Shown: piece after piece, positions 1 to 9,306 of the stretch
How the letters are laid out: each line of letters begins with the position of its first letter
Position numbering within the stretch: the stretch's first letter is position 1
Program-made: the position numbers and the translations under genes
The notes under the pieces: generated by a model
What the model was told of the DNA's origin: nothing
The model's input: the letters and a program-made list of their open reading frames with translations, nothing else
Databases searched by the model: none
IMG/VR virus record: IMGVR_UViG_3300045988_102022
Origin: a virus
Strand: one strand, 5' to 3'
DNA: 63,947 bases

Positions 1-119
1 TGTACATCACTCTGCATATCAAGCATAGCGTTTATTTTACACAAATCGCCTAAAGTTACCGTGCCCTCTTTTAGTTCGGTCACAGTAACTATTTTTGCCA
101 ACACTGGCCGCCAAACAAA
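1..119. repeat. Terminal direct repeat, copy 1 (identical to 63829..63947); the contig closes into a circle of about 63,828 bp
   Basis: Read directly: both copies run tgtacatcactctgcatatc...ggccgccaaacaaa, 119/119 identical. Confidence 0.95.
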
Positions 120-218
120 AGATTCAGCTGCCAGAGTTGGCGATAAGGTACCGGGAATTTCTACTTGCTCACCAACATCTCGCGGACTCCAGAGAGGTTG
201 GGAATTAAAGCGAAAAAA
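1..218 (-). CDS. -1 frame extension of the tail assembly chaperone (G/GT-type fusion), 5' part; continues over the junction to TAA at 63774..63776
   Basis: The frame -1 relative to 161..634 is open from the slippery site through base 1 and on through 63828..63777 (88 codons, no stop), ending inside the tape-measure start region. Confidence 0.55.
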
Positions 219-634
219 TCTCCAAAGTTTACCTCAATAATAAATTTTTCCAGCTTTAGCATCTCAACAAGATTTCCGGTAAACAGTTCATTGATAACAT
301 CTTCGGTCAGCATAACAGCTTCCGTTTCGCCCTTAATCTTAACGCTGACATATTCAGCATCAAGCAGACGTTCAGAGAACTGTGCCAGCACTTCACCATT
401 AAAGCTTTCACCTAACTGCGCAAGGATAGCACCGATATTGATTTGAGCACCTAATAATGCTTCTTTCATATCTTCCGTTTCGCCGTTAGATGTTAGACCG
501 CCTTTTAAAGCAGCAGTAACAGCTTTCTGCAAGTCACCATACAGCTTCAAGCCTTCAAGCGCAGGAAAAGCGCGAACGTAGAATGTATTCGCGCCAATCT
601 TGCGGTTTTTAACTTCAAATTTTGCTTGCCTCAT
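161..634 (-). CDS. Tail assembly chaperone (XkdN/gpG position)
   Basis: 157-aa ORF between the tube gene and the tape-measure gene (across the junction); carries the slippery site near its 3' end. Confidence 0.6.
   Translation of the reverse strand: MRQAKFEVKNRKIGANTFYVRAFPALEGLKLYGDLQKAVTAALKGGLTSNGETEDMKEALLGAQINIGAILAQLGESFNGEVLAQFSERLLDAEYVSVKIKGETEAVMLTEDVINELFTGNLVEMLKLEKFIIEVNFGDFFALIPNLSGVREMLVSK
212..218 (-). promoter_or_regulatory. Candidate -1 programmed frameshift slippery heptamer T_TTT_TTC
   Basis: Zero-frame codons GAT TTT TTC (..GDFFA..); an X_XXY_YYZ heptamer located where the -1 frame opens. Confidence 0.5.
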
Positions 635-644
635 GTTTCACCTC

Positions 645-1088
645 TTAGCTATGTCCGCCAACCAAAAATGCTTCATCGGGAACAACAGCCATAAATACCC
701 ACTCACATTTACCGTCAGAAGCAGACTTGCCACGCTGGAAATTAGGCTTCTTAACAATCCATGCCTGGTCACTAACCATAACGCTGTCACCGCTCAAATC
801 CTTAATAATCAGCGGTAACAGACCTGCACCGCTTTGATTGTCCGCATCTTGAATCAAACTCAACGCTGCATTGCTGGAGCTGGACTGCAACAGCGTAACA
901 GTAACCTGCTTCAAGACTGAGGACGGGTCAATGCTACGGACAATTTCCTGGTCACAGCCGACAATAGCGGAAATGCCGTCACCTTGTGTTTCAACGTTGA
1001 TAAAAGTTCCTTCGTCAACGCCAGTCAAAATAAGCGAGCCGAACAGCACCTTAACTTTCTTCGGGTCATATGTTTTTACTCTTGCCAT
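645..1088 (-). CDS. Tail tube protein (contractile tail)
   Basis: 147 aa, immediately downstream of the sheath-sized gene and upstream of the chaperone; canonical sheath-tube-chaperone-TMP order. Confidence 0.65.
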   Translation of the reverse strand: MARVKTYDPKKVKVLFGSLILTGVDEGTFINVETQGDGISAIVGCDQEIVRSIDPSSVLKQVTVTLLQSSSSNAALSLIQDADNQSGAGLLPLIIKDLSGDSVMVSDQAWIVKKPNFQRGKSASDGKCEWVFMAVVPDEAFLVGGHS

Positions 1089-1102
1089 TTATTTCACCGT
1101 CC

Positions 1103-2185
1103 TTAATTCTGAATAAGGTTCTCGTAAGTCAAAGAGCCTTTGATGTTGACTGCGTGGATAGCACCAGCCAAGCGAGCGGTAAATGTAACATCATCAAGAA
1201 CTCTTTGAGCCTTCTTGGTTGCACTGATGTTCGCTGCTTTAGGAACTGTAATGGTATAGCCGAGATTTCTGTTGCCGTCATCGTCATATTCGGTTGGAGC
1301 GATACCGCCACGGTCTTGACCAAGCTTCAAGACTTTATTCAGCACGCCCTCAACAAGCGCAATACCTGCATCAGTGTACGGCAGTTTCTCACGATTGATA
1401 AGCATTGAAAATTCTTCGGTTTTGATTGTTTCCACAAGCCAGTCACGGAAACGGATAACGTCAATCCATTCGCCTGCACAAGTCTTGCCGTTTTGAGTAA
1501 TGCTGATGTTCTCCGAGAAGTTTTCAAAGGTATTGTAGTTTTTGGCAGTCAATGCAAGATATTCTGTTTCGGTTAATTCATCATTTGAAATGCCGGAAAG
1601 TTTCTTGTTTGCCCAGGTTTCACCGCCGGGATATACAGTAAAGCATCTGGACATTACAGCTGCTTCGGGGAATTCCTTTTCTGCTTCTTTATGATAAAAA
1701 ATAAAGGTACGATAATAATTTTTCGCTTTCAGCTTACTGCCTGTATCTGTTGCAACGCCAGCTTGCAACGCATCAGCTTCGGCAACAGATGTACCATACA
1801 GCTTTGTATGAGCTTCAACCCATTCTGCCATTTCCATGATTTTTGCAGATGTGCGGTCAACATAGCACAAGCCATACCAATCATTGTCAACAGCGCAAAT
1901 TTTATTCATATTATCAGCAGCGGAGCTATCAGAGTTCATTCTGCCGATTTTAACTTTCTCATAATGCGGAATCTGGCTAAAAGCTTGTAATGCAGCTTTA
2001 TACACAGCATCCTCAGCGGTCCAACCTAAATCTAAAAGCTGGTCAGCGTCCGTAATGGTCAATACATACGCCGGAGCAGCGTGCTCATGTGCAGATACAA
2101 TCATTAGCGTATTAAAGCCATTGGATGAAATGCCAGTTGTGTTTAAGGCAATCTGCACGTTGACTAATCTGTCAATATTCGCCAT
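1103..2185 (-). CDS. Tail sheath protein
   Basis: 360 aa, first gene of the sheath-tube-chaperone-TMP block; N-terminus MANIDRLVNVQIALNT resembles short sheath families as I recall them. Confidence 0.65.
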   Translation of the reverse strand: MANIDRLVNVQIALNTTGISSNGFNTLMIVSAHEHAAPAYVLTITDADQLLDLGWTAEDAVYKAALQAFSQIPHYEKVKIGRMNSDSSAADNMNKICAVDNDWYGLCYVDRTSAKIMEMAEWVEAHTKLYGTSVAEADALQAGVATDTGSKLKAKNYYRTFIFYHKEAEKEFPEAAVMSRCFTVYPGGETWANKKLSGISNDELTETEYLALTAKNYNTFENFSENISITQNGKTCAGEWIDVIRFRDWLVETIKTEEFSMLINREKLPYTDAGIALVEGVLNKVLKLGQDRGGIAPTEYDDDGNRNLGYTITVPKAANISATKKAQRVLDDVTFTARLAGAIHAVNIKGSLTYENLIQN

Positions 2186-2198
2186 TCAATTCACTCTC

Positions 2199-2765
2199 CT
2201 ATTCTAATTCACCAGTAATTTCAATTTTTACAATTTCACCATCTACAGCAGGGCGTTCTTCTTTATTCTTGCCGTTACTTGTCGTACCACTGATTTTTAG
2301 CTTATCGAACCAATCTGCGCTACTCGTCAGAAGTTCGCGGCTATATGATACTATAAGGTCAACGGAGCCTCTTTCTTGCCAGGTGGTGCCGTCAAGCGTA
2401 GCAGTTAAATTCTGTACCTGCTCAACGCTGTTTATAGCAACATTGGCTTCGCTACATAGGTCAACAATATTTGGCATTTCCACAAGATATTTTAGCTGGT
2501 CTAAAAGCTCTAACGAGCCTTCTCCGATAGCCTGTATATTTATAGTGGCTTCTTGATAACCTGCATTGCCGTATTGTTCGCTTTTGGGTAAAAAAACAAC
2601 CTCGTTGCCTAAATTTCTTTCAGACAAGAAGTCAACTACAATATTAAGCTCATTCGTAGCAGGAGCATTCGTTTTTGCCCTGCGTACTGGTATAGAAGGA
2701 TAAAGCTTCTGCATTAATGCAACAAAGAAGGTGTGTACTTCATTTCGGGTGTTAGCTTCACTCAA
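2199..2765 (-). CDS. Virion protein, tail terminator/completion position
   Basis: 188-aa ORF between the neck genes and the sheath gene; position only. Confidence 0.35.
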   Translation of the reverse strand: MSEANTRNEVHTFFVALMQKLYPSIPVRRAKTNAPATNELNIVVDFLSERNLGNEVVFLPKSEQYGNAGYQEATINIQAIGEGSLELLDQLKYLVEMPNIVDLCSEANVAINSVEQVQNLTATLDGTTWQERGSVDLIVSYSRELLTSSADWFDKLKISGTTSNGKNKEERPAVDGEIVKIEITGELE

Positions 2766-3109
2766 AATTTGCTCACCTCCACAGCATAAGCACGGTAATG
2801 ATTTATAACGTCGCTTTGAAAAATATCACTAGCAACAATCTCAAACGTCCTGCCACGCCATATAAAGCGGTCAGCCTGCGTTCCTGTATGTTGGTCAGCA
2901 GTGTACAGCTCAACGTCTGTATAAACCTTCACCGCTCTGCCTTGCCTGCGTCCTTCTGGCAGTGCTTCCATCTCATTCGCCTTTAACGCCTGTACGCTTG
3001 CATAAACTTCTAGCTCCGTTGCGTCGGGATAAAGATACGTTCCGTCAGCGAGTAATTCGGGTTTACCGTCATAACGTAGGACGGTGATAGGCTTGCGAAA
3101 ACTACTCAT
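2762..3109 (-). CDS. Head-tail joining (head closure)-like protein
   Basis: Start moved to the ATG at 3109 (ATGA overlap with the upstream stop). Motif FIWRGRTFEIV near the C-terminus is typical of small head-tail adaptors. Confidence 0.45.
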   Translation of the reverse strand: MSSFRKPITVLRYDGKPELLADGTYLYPDATELEVYASVQALKANEMEALPEGRRQGRAVKVYTDVELYTADQHTGTQADRFIWRGRTFEIVASDIFQSDVINHYRAYAVEVSKF

Positions 3110-3653
3110 CTTCACTACCGCCTTTCTCAATAACGTAGCGAATTGATTGACGCAGGTGTCCTGTATCAATCAATGGTCTAGAGCTGCCTTTGCGCTTAAT
3201 TGTTTCATTGGAGTTAGGCACAAATGGTCCATTAACGATTTTTTCTTTTACTTTGCCTTCCATGACTTGCCCAAGCTGATGTAATGCGTTTTGTATTGAT
3301 AAATCTTTGCGCAAGGAATTTGTCGCAATTCTATCAACCATCGTATCAATCAACTCCTTGTTATCGTCATAAGCTCCACGTAAAAAAGAACGTTGTGGGA
3401 CGTGCCCTAAACCAAATTCATGCACGGCGGCAATAGCTGCTAAAGGCTGGTCGGTCATTTTCATCTGCTTTTTAAAGCGTCTATCAAGAGCTGTTGTCGT
3501 AGTCGTGCGCTGTGCGTCTTTGCCTTTTACAGTTCTTTTAGCTGCTTTTGCAGAGCTTTGTACGCCAACGCGAATAACAACACCGTCAAGATCTTTGTTT
3601 AGCGTTCGTATGATACGGTTTAAACCTAAATCTTTATCTTCTACTCTACTCAT
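3102..3653 (-). CDS. HK97 gp10-like neck/tail-completion protein
   Basis: 183 aa; HEFGLGHVPQRSFLR motif; located in the neck module. Confidence 0.45.
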   Translation of the reverse strand: MSRVEDKDLGLNRIIRTLNKDLDGVVIRVGVQSSAKAAKRTVKGKDAQRTTTTTALDRRFKKQMKMTDQPLAAIAAVHEFGLGHVPQRSFLRGAYDDNKELIDTMVDRIATNSLRKDLSIQNALHQLGQVMEGKVKEKIVNGPFVPNSNETIKRKGSSRPLIDTGHLRQSIRYVIEKGGSEDE

Positions 3654-4048
3654 AACGCATTATCCAATCTTGTTACTATCGGAACAACGCACATAGAGCG
3701 CAGACGTTTAAATTCAATGCCATAGTACGTCTTGTCCAGCATATCAAAAGAAGCCGACCTGTTACCATATGAACGCTGCAAGTCACCTTCTTTTTCCGAC
3801 GTTACAGAGCCTGTAATACCAACATCAGATGAGCCGTTTTCTCCAGACTGCGCAATAAGCTGACGCAGGACAATGTGATGCGCCATGAGATAAACAAATG
3901 CTGTTATATACATATTACCAAAAGCACTTTCTGACAGCATCGGCGAAACAAGATTAATGTAGACTTCTAATTCTTCATCAGTAAGAATAAGTTCGGGGCA
4001 GATAACAGAAAAAACTTGCTTTATTTTATCTTTAGTTTCCGTTAACAT
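3650..4048 (-). CDS. Head-tail connector (gp6-like) protein
   Basis: 132 aa downstream of the capsid gene; pattern ..AFGNMYITAFVYLMAHHIV.. resembles gp6/DUF4054-type connectors. Confidence 0.45.
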   Translation of the reverse strand: MLTETKDKIKQVFSVICPELILTDEELEVYINLVSPMLSESAFGNMYITAFVYLMAHHIVLRQLIAQSGENGSSDVGITGSVTSEKEGDLQRSYGNRSASFDMLDKTYYGIEFKRLRSMCVVPIVTRLDNAL

Positions 4049-4376
4049 TTTTCTTTGCCATGTTTACAAAAGCAAAAATAACGGAATAAATATCTTCTGC
4101 GGTTTCTGCGCCCTCTACATTAATATTGTATTTCTTAGCGAAAGCAGTTAAAGAACGCTTGCTGGATTCAGCGGACAGTCCTGCAAGGTCTGCTGCCATA
4201 TCATCAACATTTGCTTCTTTAGCATTACCTTTCTCAACAGTAATCATTTGTTCTTTGATGTAGGCTTTTACAATAATGTTTTCGCCCCATTCATCACCAA
4301 CGATGCCGCACTGATCAGGCATGATATATTTACCGTCGATATTAATTACAGCTTTAGAGATGTTTTTAACTTTCAT
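4032..4376 (-). CDS. Hypothetical head-module protein
   Basis: 114-aa ORF directly after the major capsid gene, same strand, tight spacing. Confidence 0.45.
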   Translation of the reverse strand: MKVKNISKAVINIDGKYIMPDQCGIVGDEWGENIIVKAYIKEQMITVEKGNAKEANVDDMAADLAGLSAESSKRSLTAFAKKYNINVEGAETAEDIYSVIFAFVNMAKKNVNGN

Positions 4377-4434
4377 TTGTGTTCCTCCTAAAAAGAAAAT
4401 GCCCTCTCATGCGAAAGGGCAGTATATAGTCAGA

Positions 4435-5400
4435 TTAGATGCCAGAAGCCTTGTTCATGGACAGCGGATAGTAAATCAACACGCCAGCGGTACGAACCTC
4501 GCAAGGAACTTCAAATTCCAAGCCTTTTTGCTGAATAGTGTGCTGAGTGAACGGCAGCGGGACTTCCAAGGTTTGATGGTCTGCGTCCTTAACGTATGCA
4601 ATCATCATATCCAAGCCACCTACACCTGCGCCAGCCAGCTCATTGGCTTTCAATACAGTTACATCCGGGTTATTGCGTTTAAATACAGACAGGATGGAAT
4701 CTGCGACTACATCAGAATAAGGTGTGGAAGCAATGTAGTTGTATTGATCCGGCGGCAGTACCAAGGTATTAGGATTTTCTACGTCATTAGTCTGCTTGCT
4801 AACAGAATTAATAATGCCGTTCATATCACGCAGAATCTGAACAGCGGTTTTATCTTTGAATTTAGTAGAAGAACCGGAGCCGTCACTGGGAACGGTATAG
4901 TTACCAATGTTCGGATTGTCCAGGATACCAACAACACCATATTTAGCATCACCATGAAAAGCAATGCGGTTAATATATTCGTCGAGAGCACGGCGAACAG
5001 CAATAGCCTTGCGAGCAGTCAGCGGTTTTCTTGCCATAGCAGCACGGCGCAAGTCCTGCATGGTGTAGCCATATGCTGCGCCGCCAGCAATAACTTTAGC
5101 AATGTGTTCTTCAGCCAGCACATCTACACGAGTAAAGTCGGTTGCATAGTTGGCGATAGTCTTTGCCATGCCGACAGAACCCAAGGACTGATAGCTGATA
5201 GTATCAGCGCCGGGGTCAACGTCAGAGGACATATCAAACAGTTTCAGCGCATTAAGATTAGCGAATTTCTGGTCGTAGGTTTTTGCCTTTACAGCTTCGA
5301 GTTCTTTTGCGACAAAAATAGTATCGCCTGCGTCTTTACGCAAGCCGTCGCAACGCTCAATAACATTCAGGTCTAATTCATCATAGTGCATTTGAGTCAT
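4435..5400 (-). CDS. Major capsid protein
   Basis: 321 aa; follows the scaffold-like and small decoration-like genes; N-terminus MTQMHYDELDLNV...AKELEAVKAKTYD resembles DUF2184-type HK97-fold capsids. Confidence 0.7.
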   Translation of the reverse strand: MTQMHYDELDLNVIERCDGLRKDAGDTIFVAKELEAVKAKTYDQKFANLNALKLFDMSSDVDPGADTISYQSLGSVGMAKTIANYATDFTRVDVLAEEHIAKVIAGGAAYGYTMQDLRRAAMARKPLTARKAIAVRRALDEYINRIAFHGDAKYGVVGILDNPNIGNYTVPSDGSGSSTKFKDKTAVQILRDMNGIINSVSKQTNDVENPNTLVLPPDQYNYIASTPYSDVVADSILSVFKRNNPDVTVLKANELAGAGVGGLDMMIAYVKDADHQTLEVPLPFTQHTIQQKGLEFEVPCEVRTAGVLIYYPLSMNKASGI

Positions 5401-5425
5401 TACTATTTCACCTCTTCTTTTCTAA

Positions 5426-5893
5426 TCAACCAATTTCGATAACTGCCAAGCCTGCTTTATCGCAGGAAGTGATAAATTTAGCACCGCAGCCAAGAGCTTC
5501 AATAGTGCCAGCAGCAACAGTATCTTTAACAAAAGTACCGTCAGCAAGTTTCAGATGAGCTTCATCACCAGCGTTAACCGCACCTCCGGTAGTTACCCAT
5601 ACACGACCTTTAGTTACAACAGGAACAGTATAATTCTGCGGATAATATTTTTTGCCAGCTTCAGGCGGCTCAATATGGGTATGCAGAGTAACGCCGATAA
5701 CTTTCGCACCGTCACCGGATGCGGACGGAGATCTTACCTGATGTTCTGCGTCAGTACCACGGATAACGGCGCAAGCAGCACCAATACCGTCAGTTTCTTC
5801 AACAGCAAAGGAATCTACAGTATGAGAGGACAAATCATACAGCGCACCAGCAAAAGCTTTGTCCATGGTTAATGCATAATTAGTAATTGCCAT
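5426..5893 (-). CDS. Capsid decoration/cement-like protein
   Basis: Start set at the ATG at 5893 (SD AAGAGGTGA upstream); 155 aa between the scaffold and capsid genes. Confidence 0.4.
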   Translation of the reverse strand: MAITNYALTMDKAFAGALYDLSSHTVDSFAVEETDGIGAACAVIRGTDAEHQVRSPSASGDGAKVIGVTLHTHIEPPEAGKKYYPQNYTVPVVTKGRVWVTTGGAVNAGDEAHLKLADGTFVKDTVAAGTIEALGCGAKFITSCDKAGLAVIEIG

Positions 5894-5909
5894 TGTATTC
5901 ACCTCTTTC

Positions 5910-7067
5910 TTATTCTTCGCCGCGCATACGTGCAATCATGCGGCTACGTGCATCGTTAGCAGAATCATTCTTAGTTTCTTGCTTTTCAGCACCGCCTTTA
6001 GCTTTTAAGGCTTGATTTTTTGCGTTATCATTGCGAAGCATCTCTTTAGCGGCAGAATATGCGCCGTTAATATAAGCATCAGATACACCGTCAAGCTTAA
6101 AGCTTTCACCGAATGCAGCTTTGACAATGCCTTCTTTTAACTCAGCGTTGGTCAAGCCATCGGTTTTTTCAACCTTTGCAATTTTAGCGGTTTCTTCAAG
6201 CTCCGCACGTTCCTGCATATCAGCCTTTACAGCTTCAACAGCCTCTTTTACAGCTTTCTCTTTTTCAGCGTCAGCAGCATCAACTTTAGCTTTCAAAGCA
6301 TCACGCTCTGCGGTCATTGCATCAGCTTTAGCTTTTAAAGCGTCAGCATCAGCTTTAAGAGTGGTATTTTGTTCTTTTACAGTTTTAAGCTCAGTGTTAG
6401 CAGTATCAAGCTTTACACGAGCATTTTCTTCTTTGTTTTGCAGAGAGTTGACGTAGTTGGCAATTTTCTCGTCAACTTCAAAATCAACAGAATCAATTTT
6501 AATTTTCATTTTCGTTTCTACTCCTTCGATAATTTCGTCACCGTCAAGATTCAGACGTGCTTTTGCTCCTGCACGTCCCCTATCAACAACGGCTAAATGA
6601 TTGATACGAATGTTGCGCTGGATAACATCATATTGCTGTCCGTCAGGTGTAATGCCTGGGGCTTCTTCGATATCCACTCTGTAGCCTAAAGACAAGCCAC
6701 GCTTTTCACCGATGGCAGAGGGATTATGGATAACAATATCGCAGGCAATATTTGTTTCGTCCTTCTGATAGCCGCTGGATAGAATTGTACCAATGGCTAA
6801 ATCTTGTGCGGTATCGCTGTTTACAATGCCGCTGGCAGGATGTCCTACCACAATAGGCTTGCCGACAAAGCTTGCTTCGCTGTCAGTGTCAAATACTTCC
6901 TCAGGCGGTCGGTATTCTCGTATAATAGTCCCGTCTGGCTGTTGATATATATATATGCCAGTACGTGCCACGATTGGAGAGTCACGCAAGAAGCCGTCAG
7001 CGTCAGTAACTGCACAGCCAACAAGCATCCATGAGTCAAGGCGCTCATATCGTTGTACACTTCCCAA
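5910..7067 (-). CDS. Prohead scaffold (possibly protease-scaffold) protein
   Basis: Start set at the TTG at 7067, 5 nt after AAGGAGGTGA. The C-terminal half is an A/K/E-rich coiled coil ([33 protein letters not shown]). Confidence 0.55.
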   Translation of the reverse strand: MGSVQRYERLDSWMLVGCAVTDADGFLRDSPIVARTGIYIYQQPDGTIIREYRPPEEVFDTDSEASFVGKPIVVGHPASGIVNSDTAQDLAIGTILSSGYQKDETNIACDIVIHNPSAIGEKRGLSLGYRVDIEEAPGITPDGQQYDVIQRNIRINHLAVVDRGRAGAKARLNLDGDEIIEGVETKMKIKIDSVDFEVDEKIANYVNSLQNKEENARVKLDTANTELKTVKEQNTTLKADADALKAKADAMTAERDALKAKVDAADAEKEKAVKEAVEAVKADMQERAELEETAKIAKVEKTDGLTNAELKEGIVKAAFGESFKLDGVSDAYINGAYSAAKEMLRNDNAKNQALKAKGGAEKQETKNDSANDARSRMIARMRGEE

Positions 7068-7128
7068 AAAATTCACCTCCTTATTTTGGGGTATATAAAA
7101 AACATATACAATTTCTCGCATATGCCTT

Positions 7129-8007
7129 CTAGCTTAATTCTTTACTTTTCTTTACATCTACCCTACCCATTGGAACTGCTGTTGTCATGTTCCATTGTTC
7201 CAGGTCAATAACAGGTAATGCTACGCAACGGCAGTTATAATCCATGCACGGATGATATTTCGGAGAAGGATAAACTTTTATGCCGTTAATCTCCCCCACC
7301 TTGTCGCTGTTCCAATAGAAGTATTTCCCATCCATTTCAGCATGAGAAGGTCTGACGCGTTCATCATGTGACGATGACCATTGATACACGCCTATGCCAC
7401 AGTCAACCTGCCTACGCATTGTTATAATGCCGTTCAGATTGCCTACCTCGTTCCTTGCGATAAATTTTGCTCGCTTGTCGGTACTGTTAAGCAATACTTT
7501 TATTTCTTTTTCTACCTCGCTCATAACAGTACCACGCTGAACAGCGTTGCTGACAATGATTTGCAGCTTTTCAATGTAGGTATTGACTATGCTGTCTACA
7601 AGCCTGCTCTGCTGCGCTTTCCATTCCGCTTTTACTGTATCAAGTAAGGCTGAATCATTTAGAAACACATCAACGCTGACTGCTTCTGCAAAAGCACTAA
7701 TAACATTAGCATCGACAACGCTGGACACGCCAGCAAGAATAAGCTCTAATTCGCTTATAGCTTCCTCGATAGTCATGCTCTTTAAAAGCTCGGCAAGTAT
7801 CGCCTGAACGAAAGCATCTGTAACGGTGCTGTCATCGTCCTGGCGCAACGAATATGCCAGCATAGGTATATTGCTATTCGTGGCACTTCTTAAACGTCTT
7901 ACAACGGCTCTGAGGACGCGATAATAATCACGCTCAAAATTCTTTGGATACTTCGGACGCTTCTTTACTTTAAGGTAGCGTATCGATTTCTTCTGTTTCT
8001 TCATCAT
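7129..8007 (-). CDS. Minor head morphogenesis protein (Mu F / SPP1 gp7-like)
   Basis: 292 aa after the portal gene; motifs [11 protein letters not shown] and [10 protein letters not shown] are typical of this family. Confidence 0.65.
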   Translation of the reverse strand: MMKKQKKSIRYLKVKKRPKYPKNFERDYYRVLRAVVRRLRSATNSNIPMLAYSLRQDDDSTVTDAFVQAILAELLKSMTIEEAISELELILAGVSSVVDANVISAFAEAVSVDVFLNDSALLDTVKAEWKAQQSRLVDSIVNTYIEKLQIIVSNAVQRGTVMSEVEKEIKVLLNSTDKRAKFIARNEVGNLNGIITMRRQVDCGIGVYQWSSSHDERVRPSHAEMDGKYFYWNSDKVGEINGIKVYPSPKYHPCMDYNCRCVALPVIDLEQWNMTTAVPMGRVDVKKSKELS

Positions 8008-9298
8008 CTAAATCCAGCTCACTTTCTGTAACTGGAATATCGCCACGCTCTTTAAGGTATTGGCGAGCTTGCGTTGCGTCTAACAGTTGATTATCAACCA
8101 GGTCAAAAACAAGCTTAACAACGGCAGCTCTTACTTCCGCCTGTGTCTTGTCAACGTTGGCTTGCTCCAGATCATTTAGCGGTTCGATTGCCTTAAACTT
8201 AATGCTCCACTTTTCAAGTTCCTTGCCGTTGGTCGGCCCTTCTTTCGCAAGCTGAATAAGTCTTACAAGATACTCTAACGCAGGACGAATTTTCCTGCGT
8301 TGAATACGTCTGACGTTATCGTAATAAATCTGCAGGTCGCTCTTGCCTGTGCTGTTCATGCCAGCCGGAGAACGCCCAAACAATACAGTAAAAGGATACC
8401 CGGTAACAGCGCATAAAGCTTGTTCAAACTCTTGAATAATATCCGTCAAGCCTGTGAGCGGAATGTTGAAAATGCCGTATTCATCTTCCTTGTCAACGGC
8501 TACACTGCCATTAATTCTGCGTGAGTAGTCTATCAGCTCTAAACGCCGAATAACAGCTTGCGTGCCGTCTTCTCTTGCCAGTAAATTGCTTAAGCCTTCT
8601 AGCTTTAACAGTGACGTGCTAACCTTATCCATTATGTCGATTGTTTTATTCATTGCAGTTTTTACACGGTTCAGCGCAGCCGGAACACCATCCAGGCAGG
8701 ATAAGCCAGCACCATTATTAGCAACGCGCTCTATCTTTGGCAGCATTTCGCCGTCAAAAACCAGCAGTCTGCTTCTGTGTGCTTTGAACTGATTTCCGTT
8801 CGGTGGCGAAATTGTGTAAAACTCCGGCTTGCCAAAGTTCGCATCTCGAATATCTGTATCAAGATAAATTGAGGTTGTGTCCGGGTAAATATCTCGCTTA
8901 TCAAAAATTTCTAATCCGTTAATCCTGCGTAAACGGTTGATATTAATAGGCTCGCTTAATTCCTGCCCATCGTCAGCAAGGATAAGAGCACAAGACATAC
9001 CGAACAGTCTGTCCCAATATAAAGCCTCTGTAAGCTTTTCCTGAACAAACAGCGTTTCAAGCTCCTGCAAGATACAATCGTCAGAATCGCCTTCGATTTC
9101 TATAAAATTTTTCATAGCATCATCGGCAACAAGTGTAACAATCCTTCGCACGAGAGCATTTCTGTACATTGTAGCCAATGTTAAGTCTGTGAGCTTTCGC
9201 TCATTTAACAGACCTTCATAATTGCGAGCTTTACGTGTAATGAAAGCATCTTTAAAGCCGCTATCTGCACGAATTGAATTATCTTTTCTTTTTACCAT
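7970..9298 (-). CDS. Portal protein
   Basis: 442 aa directly downstream of the large terminase gene and upstream of the Mu F-like gene. Confidence 0.7.
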   Translation of the reverse strand: MVKRKDNSIRADSGFKDAFITRKARNYEGLLNERKLTDLTLATMYRNALVRRIVTLVADDAMKNFIEIEGDSDDCILQELETLFVQEKLTEALYWDRLFGMSCALILADDGQELSEPININRLRRINGLEIFDKRDIYPDTTSIYLDTDIRDANFGKPEFYTISPPNGNQFKAHRSRLLVFDGEMLPKIERVANNGAGLSCLDGVPAALNRVKTAMNKTIDIMDKVSTSLLKLEGLSNLLAREDGTQAVIRRLELIDYSRRINGSVAVDKEDEYGIFNIPLTGLTDIIQEFEQALCAVTGYPFTVLFGRSPAGMNSTGKSDLQIYYDNVRRIQRRKIRPALEYLVRLIQLAKEGPTNGKELEKWSIKFKAIEPLNDLEQANVDKTQAEVRAAVVKLVFDLVDNQLLDATQARQYLKERGDIPVTESELDLDDEETEEIDTLP

Positions 9299-9306
9299 TA
9301 TTCCTC

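Noticed and set aside
1-119. Terminal repeats considered as LTRs or inverted repeats of a mobile element
   Set aside because: The repeats are direct and lie exactly at the contig ends. Genes read continuously across the junction. An assembly overlap of a circular or permuted genome is the simpler explanation.
4321-5376. Long plus-strand ORF (351 aa) antisense to the major capsid gene. Similar antisense ORFs occur at 44750..45373, 45456..45992, 43781..44263, 11466..11942, 53001..53408 and 62972..63430
   Set aside because: They lie entirely opposite well-supported minus-strand genes and have no SD. Their composition is odd (Cys/Phe/Ile-rich or low complexity). They are shadow ORFs.
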